Source: Amphiscolops sp. MND2022
Taxonomy: Eukaryota
Length of the DNA stretch: 64,000 bases
Direction of reading: 5' to 3'
Assembly (NCBI GenBank): GCA_964187785.1
Contig: OZ076409.1
Location: 37,016,001 to 37,080,000, forward strand
The position numbers and the translations under genes are program-made. Under the pieces are notes generated by a model. The model worked only from the letters and a program-made list of their open reading frames with translations. It did no database searches and was not told the origin of the DNA. Shown here piece after piece: positions 1 through 9,881 of this stretch (its first letter is position 1; each line of letters begins with the position of its first letter).

Positions 1-456
1 CGCCGGTGGTCAACCGGTGAGCACCGGTGGAAACATTTTATGTTGTTTACAAAATATTGCAAAAAATCGTGACGCGAGCCTGTAATTATTTTGTTGACGG
101 TCCAGCATTTACCTCTGCACAATCAACTTTTATGTTTAGTTTGTTTTGCCTTAGATATAATTGTTCTGTAGCATTGCCTACGTCGCGGCTTGCGGACACG
201 TAGTGCCAAACTTTCTTTATCGCTGCAGATTTAAGTTTTTGAAAATTTAAACTACTTCCCGAATCCATAATGAAATAATGACATATTTATAATGACGTAC
301 ATAATCAAAAAAGTACGTTTTCAATAATTTTCCACAATCCACAATTCATTTTTTCAAAGTCCACCGGCGGCCACTGGTGGAAATAGTGACTGGTTATACA
401 AAATTGCCTCCATCGGTAGTCACTGGTGTTAGTTTGCGGTGGAGTGCCAGTACGGG
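1..456. mobile_element. Right part of a MITE with CCACCGGTGG-type subterminal palindromes; left end outside the window
   Basis: Clustered variants of ccaccggtgg at 1-30 and 361-430. It ends in CCAGTACGGG at 456, which resembles the terminus of the MITE at 35982-36726. Confidence 0.5.
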
Positions 457-687
457 TAATGTGGTACAGCCAGTATTGAACTTGGTCATTTTTCATTCGG
501 TGGCCCCAAAGTTAAGTCTATCCACAGTTACGTGATAAGTCTAATTTTGTGCGTCTTTTTATTCCAAAATTCTTCCAAATTCCGCCAAATCTCCACAATC
601 TCCATCCACTTGACTATTTTAGTTACTTGACTATTTCAGTTACTTGTATATCCGAATTTTGACGTTATATCCGAAGCAAATTGTGTT

Positions 688-2527
688 CAGGGCCCGGATT
701 TTCATGCGTAAAAAATATGCCAAATATGCGTAAAAACATGCGTAAAAAATCCTAAAATATGCGTAAAAATATGCGTAAAAATTTATTGGTTTTCATACAC
801 AGTATTATACCAATAGACACATAAATGGTGTTTCAAGTTTTCAATGGTAAGTGACATTCTTTGTGGAGTTTGAATTTGTCCCATTTCTGAGAAAACTCTC
901 TCTATATCGGCAGAAACCAGGGGTGCATATCGGTAAATTGGAGCATCTAGTGGTGGCACATCAGAACTGACTCTCTCTCCTCTCAGAATTTTTGCAAAAT
1001 CTTGCAAAATTTTAAAATCAGGATTTCGGGTTAAAACAGCATCGAGTTTCTCTTTATAGTTGTCGCCTTGTACGTTGACAATAACTTTCTCCAAAATAAC
1101 AAACTGATCACACAACGACAGTCGTCCCTGTAACTTCGTAATGGCCTCTGGTAAAAAATCGAAAGATGCAACTAAAAATGCCATTTCTTGCATGAGCGCG
1201 TTGTCCATGAGGTCCAAAATTTTCGTGATTTCTGAATTATTGGGTTCTTCACTTCCCAAGTGAATCAGAAATTGTTGAAATTCGGCAAAATACTTGGCGT
1301 AATAAAACACTGCAATTAGCCACGAAGACCATCTGGTGATAACAGGCACAGGCGGTAAGGGCAACCCTGTCAATTCTCGGAATAATCGTTGTCTGCGACT
1401 ACAATTGCAGAATAATTTTGCCACCTTCGATATGAAAAAATCAGTAGCAGAATTTGTGGATCGAACATTTTCTGCAAGCCGATTTAAACCGTGGGCTAGA
1501 CAGGTAATGTGTAGCAGTTTCGGGAATAAGCCTTTTAACAGCTTGCCTGCTTTAAGCATGTAACTGGCACCATCTGATACAAATAAACGAAATTTTGAAT
1601 AGTCCATCTCGTCAAAAATCGAGCAAAGACTCGAATTAACTATTTGGTTTATGGCTACAGCATCCGTTTTCTCAGTCTCAGCAAGATTAAAAAGCATTGG
1701 TGGCTTTAATTCGTTGTCTAAAACTCCAATTAAAACACCAACCAAAAATCTACCTGCGGGGTCTGTCGCTTCGTCTACCATAATGTAGTAATTTTTCCCA
1801 GTAACCGCCTCTTTAATTGCTGATATAACTTTATTGAACTGTTTCGGCAAATAATTCTTTCGAAGTGTAGACTCGTCTGGAGCTGCCTGGCCCGACCATG
1901 TCTCCAACAGGGATTTTACTTTTCGACATTGAAGTTTGTGAAATGGAATAGCTGCTGAGGTAAATGCTTCAGTAATATGATCAAAGAATTTGTTAGAAGT
2001 TTCATCCGAAAACTTAAGCGCATCCTGTCTCTTTGCATTTAATGATAACTGCCTTTTATGCCTGTCGCTATCTATATGCTGGTGTACTCGAAAATTAATG
2101 TTCGAAGCTGAATAATCGAAGCCATTAACACATAACTTGCAAACAATTTTGTTACTCGATTGCTCGTAATTCCAGTTTTGCATACCACCAGGCAATGTCT
2201 TCACATAGTCAGAACCGTGCAATTTGTGTTTTGGCATCTTGGACAAATGCACAGTAAGCAAGATCAAATGGCAATACAATACTGTAAACACTGAGAACGA
2301 ATAAAGCAGTGCCAGACAGACAGGCACCACATAACCGCAATGTTTGCTCACTGAAATCTGTCACACTCACATACACATTCCTGAAAGTAAATTGTCACTG
2401 CAGTCCAATTCCTTGTCAATTTTGGCTAAATATGCGTTAAGTTCATGAAAATATGCGCAAAAATAAATTTAGGCCAAATATGCGTAAAAACATGCGTTAT
2501 GAACTTCTCATATAAATCCGGGCCCTG
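688..2527 (-). mobile_element. Complete hAT-superfamily (CGGBP1-like) DNA transposon, 1,840 bp
   Basis: Perfect 14-bp TIRs CAGGGCCCGGATTT (688-701) and AAATCCGGGCCCTG (2514-2527). Perfect 8-bp TSD ATTGTGTT (680-687, 2528-2535). Subterminal ATATGCGTAAAAA arrays at both ends. Confidence 0.95.
783..2237 (-). CDS. hAT-type DDE transposase (CGGBP1-like), ~484 aa from the first ATG (MPKHKL...)
   Basis: Uninterrupted ORF. N-terminal zinc finger (CKLC...H.....RH), catalytic motifs YIMVDEATD and FVSDGASYM, CLAH (CxxH), TRW, and ADIERVFS. The ORF track starts upstream at a non-ATG codon (2351). Confidence 0.9.
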   Translation of the reverse strand: MPKHKLHGSDYVKTLPGGMQNWNYEQSSNKIVCKLCVNGFDYSASNINFRVHQHIDSDRHKRQLSLNAKRQDALKFSDETSNKFFDHITEAFTSAAIPFHKLQCRKVKSLLETWSGQAAPDESTLRKNYLPKQFNKVISAIKEAVTGKNYYIMVDEATDPAGRFLVGVLIGVLDNELKPPMLFNLAETEKTDAVAINQIVNSSLCSIFDEMDYSKFRLFVSDGASYMLKAGKLLKGLFPKLLHITCLAHGLNRLAENVRSTNSATDFFISKVAKLFCNCSRRQRLFRELTGLPLPPVPVITRWSSWLIAVFYYAKYFAEFQQFLIHLGSEEPNNSEITKILDLMDNALMQEMAFLVASFDFLPEAITKLQGRLSLCDQFVILEKVIVNVQGDNYKEKLDAVLTRNPDFKILQDFAKILRGERVSSDVPPLDAPIYRYAPLVSADIERVFSEMGQIQTPQRMSLTIENLKHHLCVYWYNTVYENQ

Positions 2528-4591
2528 ATTGTGTTTCACCATGGAGGTAAATTTTTGATGAAGTGTCTATTGGTAGCCAATTGAAGGATTGAAGGCGGAA
2601 ATTATGCCGGTGCATAGCGGGCGTCTTGTTAGATTTTGAAATCTGTCACCATCTTGAAATACTGGCACAATCGTCTATGAGCAGTTTAGCTAACATTTTT
2701 TTCTGTTTTTACATAATTATTTTCAAGCAGCTTGAAATTTTATATTTTATGTGGATGCTAAAAGAACCCAAATTGTTCGCTTTTGACTTTTTTGCTCGTT
2801 AGATGAGTAGAATTTTCGATCAGGTGGTCAACCGAGCATTTTGTTTTTTTTTCTTTCGTGTCTTGCTTTTTGGAATCTTGGTAAGATTCGTATATGGAGT
2901 TACAAAAATACGTCAGAATCTTGTTTTCAAATAGCTCCAGTGTCAGTACATCAGTGGAAATCAATAAAAGAATAGAGATTTTATTTATTTCAGATATGTC
3001 GAATGTCTGAATTATCAAGACTCAAATTAATCTAGCATGAATCTGTTAAGGTTATTTTTTCGGAATTTTAAAAATTTACAATAGAAATAGAACACTCGCT
3101 GTCTGAATTTTGTTTCGATATTTTTCGATCGATGCAAAAAAGTGATTTTTAAGCTAATAAATTTCTCAGAGCATAGTTTGTTGCACAATTTTTTTAACTG
3201 TCACGATATTTCTCTTTCAGAATGCATAACAATGGATGGATTAAATAATGAGCTGGGTACGGAGAAGGTGGAATAATGGACTTGCGATGACGGCTCCCCT
3301 CAATGGGAAAATGACATTGAAAGGCTTTGTCTCTTTCAAAATCAATATCACAGCTACTTCCACTACCGCCCCGTCGCTTTTCTCAACATTTGACTGCCGC
3401 TGTCTTGGTTTCCACTGCAGCCGTCTATCATTAACAGTGTATTTACTATTCCATTTTTGCAGAGGGGGCAAAAAGTCAAAATAACACCCCAACCATGACC
3501 AAACTAAAGCTTTTTAGCATACAAAACAACCCCCCCCCCCACAACGGGCGATGAAGAAAGTGACAGAAATTTGCCCAGAAGTGCTGCATCTCTCATATTT
3601 TTTCACCTTTTTACACATCACTTTTTATCTCAAGTCACATCTAGAAAGACAAAAGGTAAAACTCTATGTTTTCCACACCCCTTTAAGTACTACCACTTCC
3701 TGAAAAGACATGTTTGTTAGGAAACGCCTTGGTGTATTCAAAAGTAAGTCGAAATCTCAACTCAAAGGTATTCATCACTGTATAGAACGAGGGACGGAAA
3801 ACAATTTTATTAGTTGGAGAGAGTGTGTCGTCTTTAGACATGCTACCTGCCTTAGTATTATCTAGGAATTAATCCTTGGTCGATTGTGCCTTTTTGAGGG
3901 AAGGAAAGACGTTGTGGGGAGGATTTGATTGGAATAAGTCTACCCCGTGCTTTGATTTAATACCAAATGGAAAATAAGGAAGCCAAATCTGAGAATAATA
4001 CTCACTTCAATCTAGATGCCACACGCAAAATACTATTTTTTCTTATTTTTCCTGCTTGGCTTTTAGAAAGATTTTCAACAGAATAATTCGCAAAGTTTAC
4101 AGATCGTTTAAGGTTTTCTTATCATGTACAAATCTAGCCGTTTGATTCCCTAATTAAGCATTTTATTCCAAGTTTTGATAGGCTGGGATTCAGAAGCATC
4201 TAGCTGGTATTTTAATATACTAACAGAAATTTAAATAGCTTGGATTTAGTTTATTTTTGGTCATTTGCATTCAAAATGGAAATTAATCTTAGAGACAAAA
4301 AAGTCTTGAAATGACAAAAATCAAATGTTGTTTTTATTCTATCCAATTACTTGTCGTAACACTGCAAGCTTCTTTTTACTCATGGTTCCTTACACTCCAT
4401 GAGCTCGATAAAATTATTCTGAAATCACAGCTGCAGTTTTCATTGTTTCAAATTTAGTGTATATTTGATGCAGTCTGAGATAATAATGTATCAATAAATC
4501 CATGGTAAAGACATTTGGCGCCGGTAAAAAAAGTCAGTCTGAAAATTTCGAATGTCATTAACGCCCAAAGTAGGTATTTGTGAACAGATAC

Positions 4592-4650
4592 TGTCACATA
4601 CCTCTAGAATCCTAAACTCAGGAGTGAAGCGAAGCGGAGCGACGTGCCGT
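4592..4650 (+). repeat. Partial copy of the 'GAGCGAAGCGAAGCGGAGCGACGTGCC' core repeat
   Basis: Similar to 6812-6868 and to the reverse complement of about 18985-19037. Confidence 0.6.
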
Positions 4651-5814
4651 TATTGGTATAGCTTCTTGGTTATTGGTTATCGGCTGGTTTCGACAAGGGC
4701 CGACCAGGAGGGACCCAAAGTGCCTTGAAAAGTGGAAGGCCGAGACATATTGCAAATTTTTTTATCGGTTTTTACCTAAATTCCAAAAAATAGTCTTTAA
4801 CGTTACTTCCGATCCTCTCAGACGAAATTTCTCTGGAGGTGAGTACCTGCAACCAGACATTCCTGCATTGTATCAGCATTTATATGTTCCTGCAACAAAT
4901 GGGATGCATAGTAATAATAAAAGTAAGTACATGTATGTAAGACATAGAATCACACCTCAAACGTGCATGGATTGTAAAAAAACATTATGTAATTCTTTCC
5001 TTGTGAGTGTCTGGTCACAAAAAAGCCGGGTGTCTAATTCAGGAACCAGAACATTCCGTAGCTTGCAAGTGTTTTTTCCTATTTTTTCTTACTTTGTGTA
5101 CCGAATACGAGAACCAAGTGCAGGTTTAGCTCTGCTCGTATGAAAGGCGTGACAAATAATTAATTTTTCAACAGGCTTGGGACGTAAAAGTCTCAAATTT
5201 CGCTGCTCATCAACTGCATTTCGCTCGCCTAAAGCAGATCCTTCTGACGCAGCTTTGAAGAGCTGCAAACGCTGGCTGCAAAAAATTGCTCTGAAGCAAA
5301 AAGGCTATTTTAAACTTGAATTTTACAGCTTTCTCGTTTTAGTATTGAGCAACTGCATTTCAATGTATTTGCACAGTGTCACCTTTAAAAAACTCTCAAT
5401 GTTTGATTTTACATAATATGTTAGCAGGTCTGCACTAATATGCATAGGAATTCAAATTTTATGAAGTTATGGAAAGGTTGAAACATTTTTGTCCCAAAGA
5501 CTCATTTTGCTGCCATCATAGATTTAAAACTGTTAAAATAGTCATCCAAGATGTGTTAAAACAACACCATGATGGAATTAAAACTGTCCTAAATATAAAA
5601 GGGATCACTCGAATCCAAAATGAAAACTTTTATATTGAAAAAATTAAAATTTTAGGATTATCTCATTCCAGGAAGTTGCCATGAAGGACAGAATGAACAA
5701 TGAAGACATGCGGAAAAATAAAGACAACTAATTTTGAGGGGGATTTTATGATCAGATTGAGAAATATGTGCAGGAAAAACGACAATTTGCTACTTTAAAT
5801 TGTCAAAACACTCA

Positions 5815-6450
5815 ATAATTACCAATATCTACTGGCGTACATCAGGGTTCGGTTTGGGGTCCTTTTCTCTTTCCATTTATGAACGACATGCCAAATCTTT
5901 ACAAAAACAGCTCACTCGTTCTATTTTCGGATGATACGACTCTTATACATTCAGTAAAACGGGCGGATGATCGTCTAAGATCCGATTTAACGCTGTCATC
6001 ATATTCATTTGCATGTAATAATTTAACAATAATTGTTGAAAACATGAATGCATGTATTTTGCATGCGGCCAATGGACTGTTGTCTATTATGAAGGTTCTT
6101 TCTAGGTACAAACATCAGAAAGTTCATACTGACAGAAATATAGAATTTAGGGAGCATATAGAATTTTTCGTCAAGAAAGTGAATTAATTTTGGGGTCATG
6201 TATACGGAATTGGCCAAATGTATCTTTAGAACTAGATGATTTTACAAGACGTTTGCTAAAACAAGAATCACATGGCTCTTTTTGCACATGGCACTGCTGC
6301 AGAACCTAAATCAACGAAAACTGGAAACGTTCAACGGAAAACTGTTATAGCATTTTTTCTCGAAAAAAGTATCAGTCGTTCGATAAACTTGCCGATAACA
6401 TTTTGTCAAAGATGCTTGACTTTTATTTTATTGAAATGTCAAATAAGCTC
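5815..6450 (+). pseudogene. Degenerate non-LTR (CR1/L2-like) reverse transcriptase fragment
   Basis: Translates across frameshifts as GVHQGSVWGPFLF...NDMP...LVLFSDDTTL, matching the LINE RT motifs GVPQGS.LGP.LF and FADD. Multiple stops and frameshifts. Boundaries approximate. Confidence 0.75.
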
Positions 6451-6650
6451 TTCTAGGAACTGCGCTTCATTAGATACAATAAAAAGATATTTCGAAACCC
6501 TGTGTTAAAACTCGCTGGGCGCTAAGAAGACTTTGTCAACATCTAGTAGTACAGTATCATCGAAAAAGTCTTTGTCAAAGTCGCTCCTCAAAGCTCATAT
6601 TTGAAGGACTCATTTGAATCTGATTCGATCATTTATAGGCAAAACATTGG

Positions 6651-7247
6651 GGGAGTGACAGATTTCGTCCCAAACAGATTTCGTCCCACATGGAAATTTT
6701 GACAGATTTCGTCCCACACAGATTTCGTCCCATTTTTTAACAATAAAACAGATTTCGTCCCATTTTTGACAGATTTCGTCCCAAATAATTATTGTAACGT
6801 AGTCAGCTATGTTCACATACCCCTAGTGCCCTAAATACAGGAGCGAAGCGAAGCGGAGCGACGTGCCATGTGTCGATGCCTCAATGTTGCTACTTGGCGA
6901 AGGGAGCGAAGCGACCGAGCCATACAACAAATATGCTAACCTCTTCAAAAAAATTAAGTTCCATACATATTGGCTGTAACAGCACCGAATGAAGAATCAC
7001 TGAATAGATTATACCGATTAGCGCTTAATTTTGTGTATAGCATAGAATAATTTCCCATACTATTAGTACTGTATATACTGTCAAAAATGGGACGAAATCT
7101 GTCTAAAATGGGACGAAATCTGTGTGGGACGAAATCTGTCAAAAATGAGACGAAATCTGTTAAAAATGGGACGAAATCTGTTTGGGACGAAATCTGTCAA
7201 AATTCGACGTGGGACGAAATCTGTCTGGGACGAAATCTGCCACATTC
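6651..7247. mobile_element. Mutator-type MITE / foldback element
   Basis: Left array of ACAGATTTCGTCCCA and inverted right array of TGGGACGAAATCTGT. Flanked by a perfect 9-bp direct repeat AAACATTGG (6642-6650, 7248-7256). Confidence 0.85.
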
Positions 7248-8050
7248 AAACATTGGTCTATCAAATCAAAAAAAGTTTTTTCCAAAATTATTTCTCTACA
7301 TGTCGTGGATAAAAAACTTTTCCTCTGTACTTTTGGCAGTTTTTCTCACTTAGGCTTGCAAGATGGTAGTTAGAATCTAAATTCAGATGCTTTTAATTGT
7401 AATTTCAGTTTTTAGGGTGTAAATTCGGAGAGGATTGATGCTCCTTCTGCGTCCATATTGGATGTCATTTGGTTTTTCAGATTTAATTGTTCAAGTACTT
7501 TCTACATCCCATGAAATTAACTACTACTTTTTCTTCAAAACAAAGCAGCCATGGATAAAATTACTGATAAAATAAACTGATAGTTTCAAAAAACATGTAG
7601 AATGAAACCAAACCGAAGACGCTTAAGGACTCGCCTGCATTAAGCACTTGTTCAACAAACAAAATCATTTTACACTGGAATAATTACATTTTTCCATTTT
7701 GTTTAAACTATGAGCAATTGCGCAGTTTAATGCAACGCCTAAATTATCTTAAGAGACTGAGATATTTAAAAAAAATTTTAATTCACATTGTCGGTTGCTT
7801 TCTTGTGTTACTCAAACGGAAATCCTTGTGTAACTGTTTTGAGTGCACCAAGAACGTGCTGAGAAAGACCAAGACACTAGTTTTGTTGACCTTCAATATT
7901 TTTTATTTGACTTTTGGTTTAATTTGATTTTTGCCTATTTGATTTTTGGTTTAATAGTTTCATTTATTTCTCGGGTCATCTATTGAGTCTCAATTTTTCA
8001 TTTAAAAATCATAATTAACCGTCACTGAGTGTGAGATTCAAATTCTTGAA

Positions 8051-8475
8051 AACAAGCCAGGAACGGCCCAAGTCGGCGCCATATCTAAGGCTCAAAAGTA
8101 GCAAAAGGACTTCAATGTGTCAAGTATTCTCTTCTACAGTACCCGCGTGAAGAAAAAATCGAAAAAATTCCTAATTTTGTTGAAACTTTTTTTCGAAATT
8201 TTTTTTCGAATTTTTTTGGTCTCCGGTAAATCGCATAGTGTCGAAAAATGTAAAAGGAGGCCTTTGGGAGGTTTGAACATCCATACTTTTGCAAAAAAGT
8301 AAAGAAACGAAGGGGGGACCCTTTGGAGACATTTTAAAAATTTGCGAAAAAAAGTGTCACCAAGCCGAAAAACACCTGCACAATAAATATATTGGTCATG
8401 GGCGGGACTCGAACCCACGTCCTTCTGCTTGGCAGACATCAAAAACTATCCTAATTAACCTCTATGCTAAGTGGC
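8051..8475 (+). mobile_element. Helentron/DINE-1-like non-autonomous repeat, 5' part; split by the BEL insertion and resuming at about 16824-16935
   Basis: Begins AACAAG...AAGTCGGCGCCAT..., shared with copies at 18063 and 26059 (minus). GTGGC is duplicated at the BEL junctions. Superfamily assignment rests only on resemblance to the DINE-1 5' end. Confidence 0.55.
8395..8475 (-). ncRNA. tRNA-derived Pol III-promoter-like sequence inside the repeat (not a canonical tRNA)
   Basis: Minus strand: A-box TAGCATAGAGG (8469-8459), B-box GGTTCGAGTCC (8415-8405) within T-stem GTGGG/CCCGC, and hairpin TCTGC-CAA-GCAGA. No proper acceptor stem. Confidence 0.6.
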
Positions 8476-8645
8476 TGTTGACAAGCAATTGATAAGATTA
8501 AAAGCAAATAAGAATCGTTCCGTTTCAAGGTAGCTTGGCCTAGCGGTAGAATACAAGGCCGGACAGGTAAAATATTTCCTATTTCAGACAAAAGATCTAA
8601 ATATTTTTTCTTGATTTCAGTAAAGTAACCTTGAGAAAAGGCCTT
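8476..8645 (+). repeat. 5' LTR of the BEL element (truncated; matches only the first ~200 nt of the 3' LTR)
   Basis: Near identity to 16418-16615 apart from a 29-nt deletion between two CCGG. Similarity stops after GAGAAA(A)GGCCTT and no PBS was found. Confidence 0.8.
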
Positions 8646-8741
8646 TTTTCAAAAACGCTGATTTTTTGAAAAAAATCCTTGTGAACTTGCTGTTGACTCA
8701 ATAAGTTTTGCACTTAAATCAAATTTTACCTTGAAAAACAA

Positions 8742-9337
8742 ATGGTACTTATTGTAGCGGCTAGTTCCGTTGATCATGCTCTTGACACAATAAACCCCGA
8801 AAACCGAAAAACCTATAAACAGAAAATTTTCTCAATCCCACGAAAAATCCTCGAAAAATTGTGCAAAACTTGCTCTCTAAAGATCTTGCCGAAAAAACTG
8901 ACATCATTATTTGGCATGATGTGCTGAATAACAGTATGTCTAAACATGAGAGCAACAATTATCGAGCTTTACCAGTCCTACAATTGTTAGAAATTTTGAA
9001 ATCGATTGAAAATAAACTCCGGGCTCTAGTGTACTGCCACCGATTTCGTACACCGAACATTTATCAAACTTTCAAGGAATTAGAAAACTCCACGAACATT
9101 AAAGTGTTCAGCATCGTTGAAGATTTCATTTCCACGAGAAAACATAAAGATCCCGACTTTCTCAAGAAACTCAAGGCATTACACCAGAGCCCCGAGATTG
9201 AAATCAAACACATTGACTTCATTCTGCGCACCGAGAGCGAGCTTGACGCTATCACCGACAAAAGCCGCCCCAAGCGTCCCAGTAAGCGCGCCCGAAAGGC
9301 CATCAAGAGCGCAGCTGCCGCCGCTGCTTCGTCCTAG
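8742..9337 (+). pseudogene. Accessory ORF upstream of BEL gag, SGNH/GDSL-hydrolase-fold-like, one frameshift at about 8840
   Basis: ORF 8742 (MVLIVAASS...KIFSIP) joins ORF 8861 (..VQNLL..DIIIWHDVLNNS..ALH..) and ends in a basic tail KSRPKRPSKRARK. Motif spacing resembles SGNH blocks I, II, III and V. Confidence 0.55.
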
Positions 9338-9374
9338 ACCCCTTCCAACCGTCTTTACTGTACTGTAGTTACGG

Positions 9375-9530
9375 TGTCCGGACTTCATTGTCCGGTTGAA
9401 ATTCCTACAGTAGTTTACCCGTCTTCTTGAGTTGTGTCCGGACTTAACTGTCCGGTTGATACTCAGAAGTCTACTCCCCGTCTTTCTTCCTGCCGTTTGG
9501 ACGGTGTCCAGACTTTATTGTCTGGTTGAA
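9375..9530 (+). repeat. Three spaced copies of a 6-bp-stem hairpin in the BEL leader
   Basis: CCGGAC-ttcatt-GTCCGG (9378-9395), CCGGAC-ttaact-GTCCGG (9438-9455), CCAGAC-tttatt-GTCTGG (9508-9525). Confidence 0.85.
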
Positions 9531-9881
9531 GTTTTTTCGGCCTTCTTCCGCATCTTCAGCACTTAGTATTGGACGAACCATCATTTTTTTCGGGAAGAGC
9601 GTGTTTTTAAATCATCGTCTCGTCCCATGTAACTTCTCCCCGTGTCTTGTTACTATTTTTAAAAACAAAAAATTGAATTATTCCAATACCGTTGCTGTTA
9701 TCGCAAGATACAGCTTCCATCAACTCAACGCCCATACCGTTAACCCGAAATCTCTTTCGGTCAGCTGTGTCTAGGCTTAATTGCTTGGTTGACGCTGTCA
9801 AAGAGATCACTCCTCTATCTACCTTGAATAACCCGTTTCTCGCTACTTCAATTCATTCTCTAACAAAAGATCACGTCAAAG

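Noticed and set aside
3241..3492. Overlapping short ORFs as the second SLC1 exon
   Set aside because: The translations I checked show no SLC1 TM3 motif.
6655..7245. Repeat arrays here, at 19681-20636 and at 21098-21514 as CRISPR or as repeat-protein ORFs (MGRNLS..., WDEIC...)
   Set aside because: The arrays are inverted at the two ends of MITEs and lack unique spacers. The ORFs are by-products of the repeats.
8395..8475. Functional tRNA gene (also 16471-16540)
   Set aside because: A- and B-boxes are present but neither sequence forms a full cloverleaf with a 7-bp acceptor stem, and both are embedded in mobile elements.
9375..9530. Spaced palindromic repeats as a CRISPR array
   Set aside because: Only three units, the spacers share sequence (CCGTCTT) and differ in length, there are no cas genes, and the context is a eukaryotic retrotransposon.
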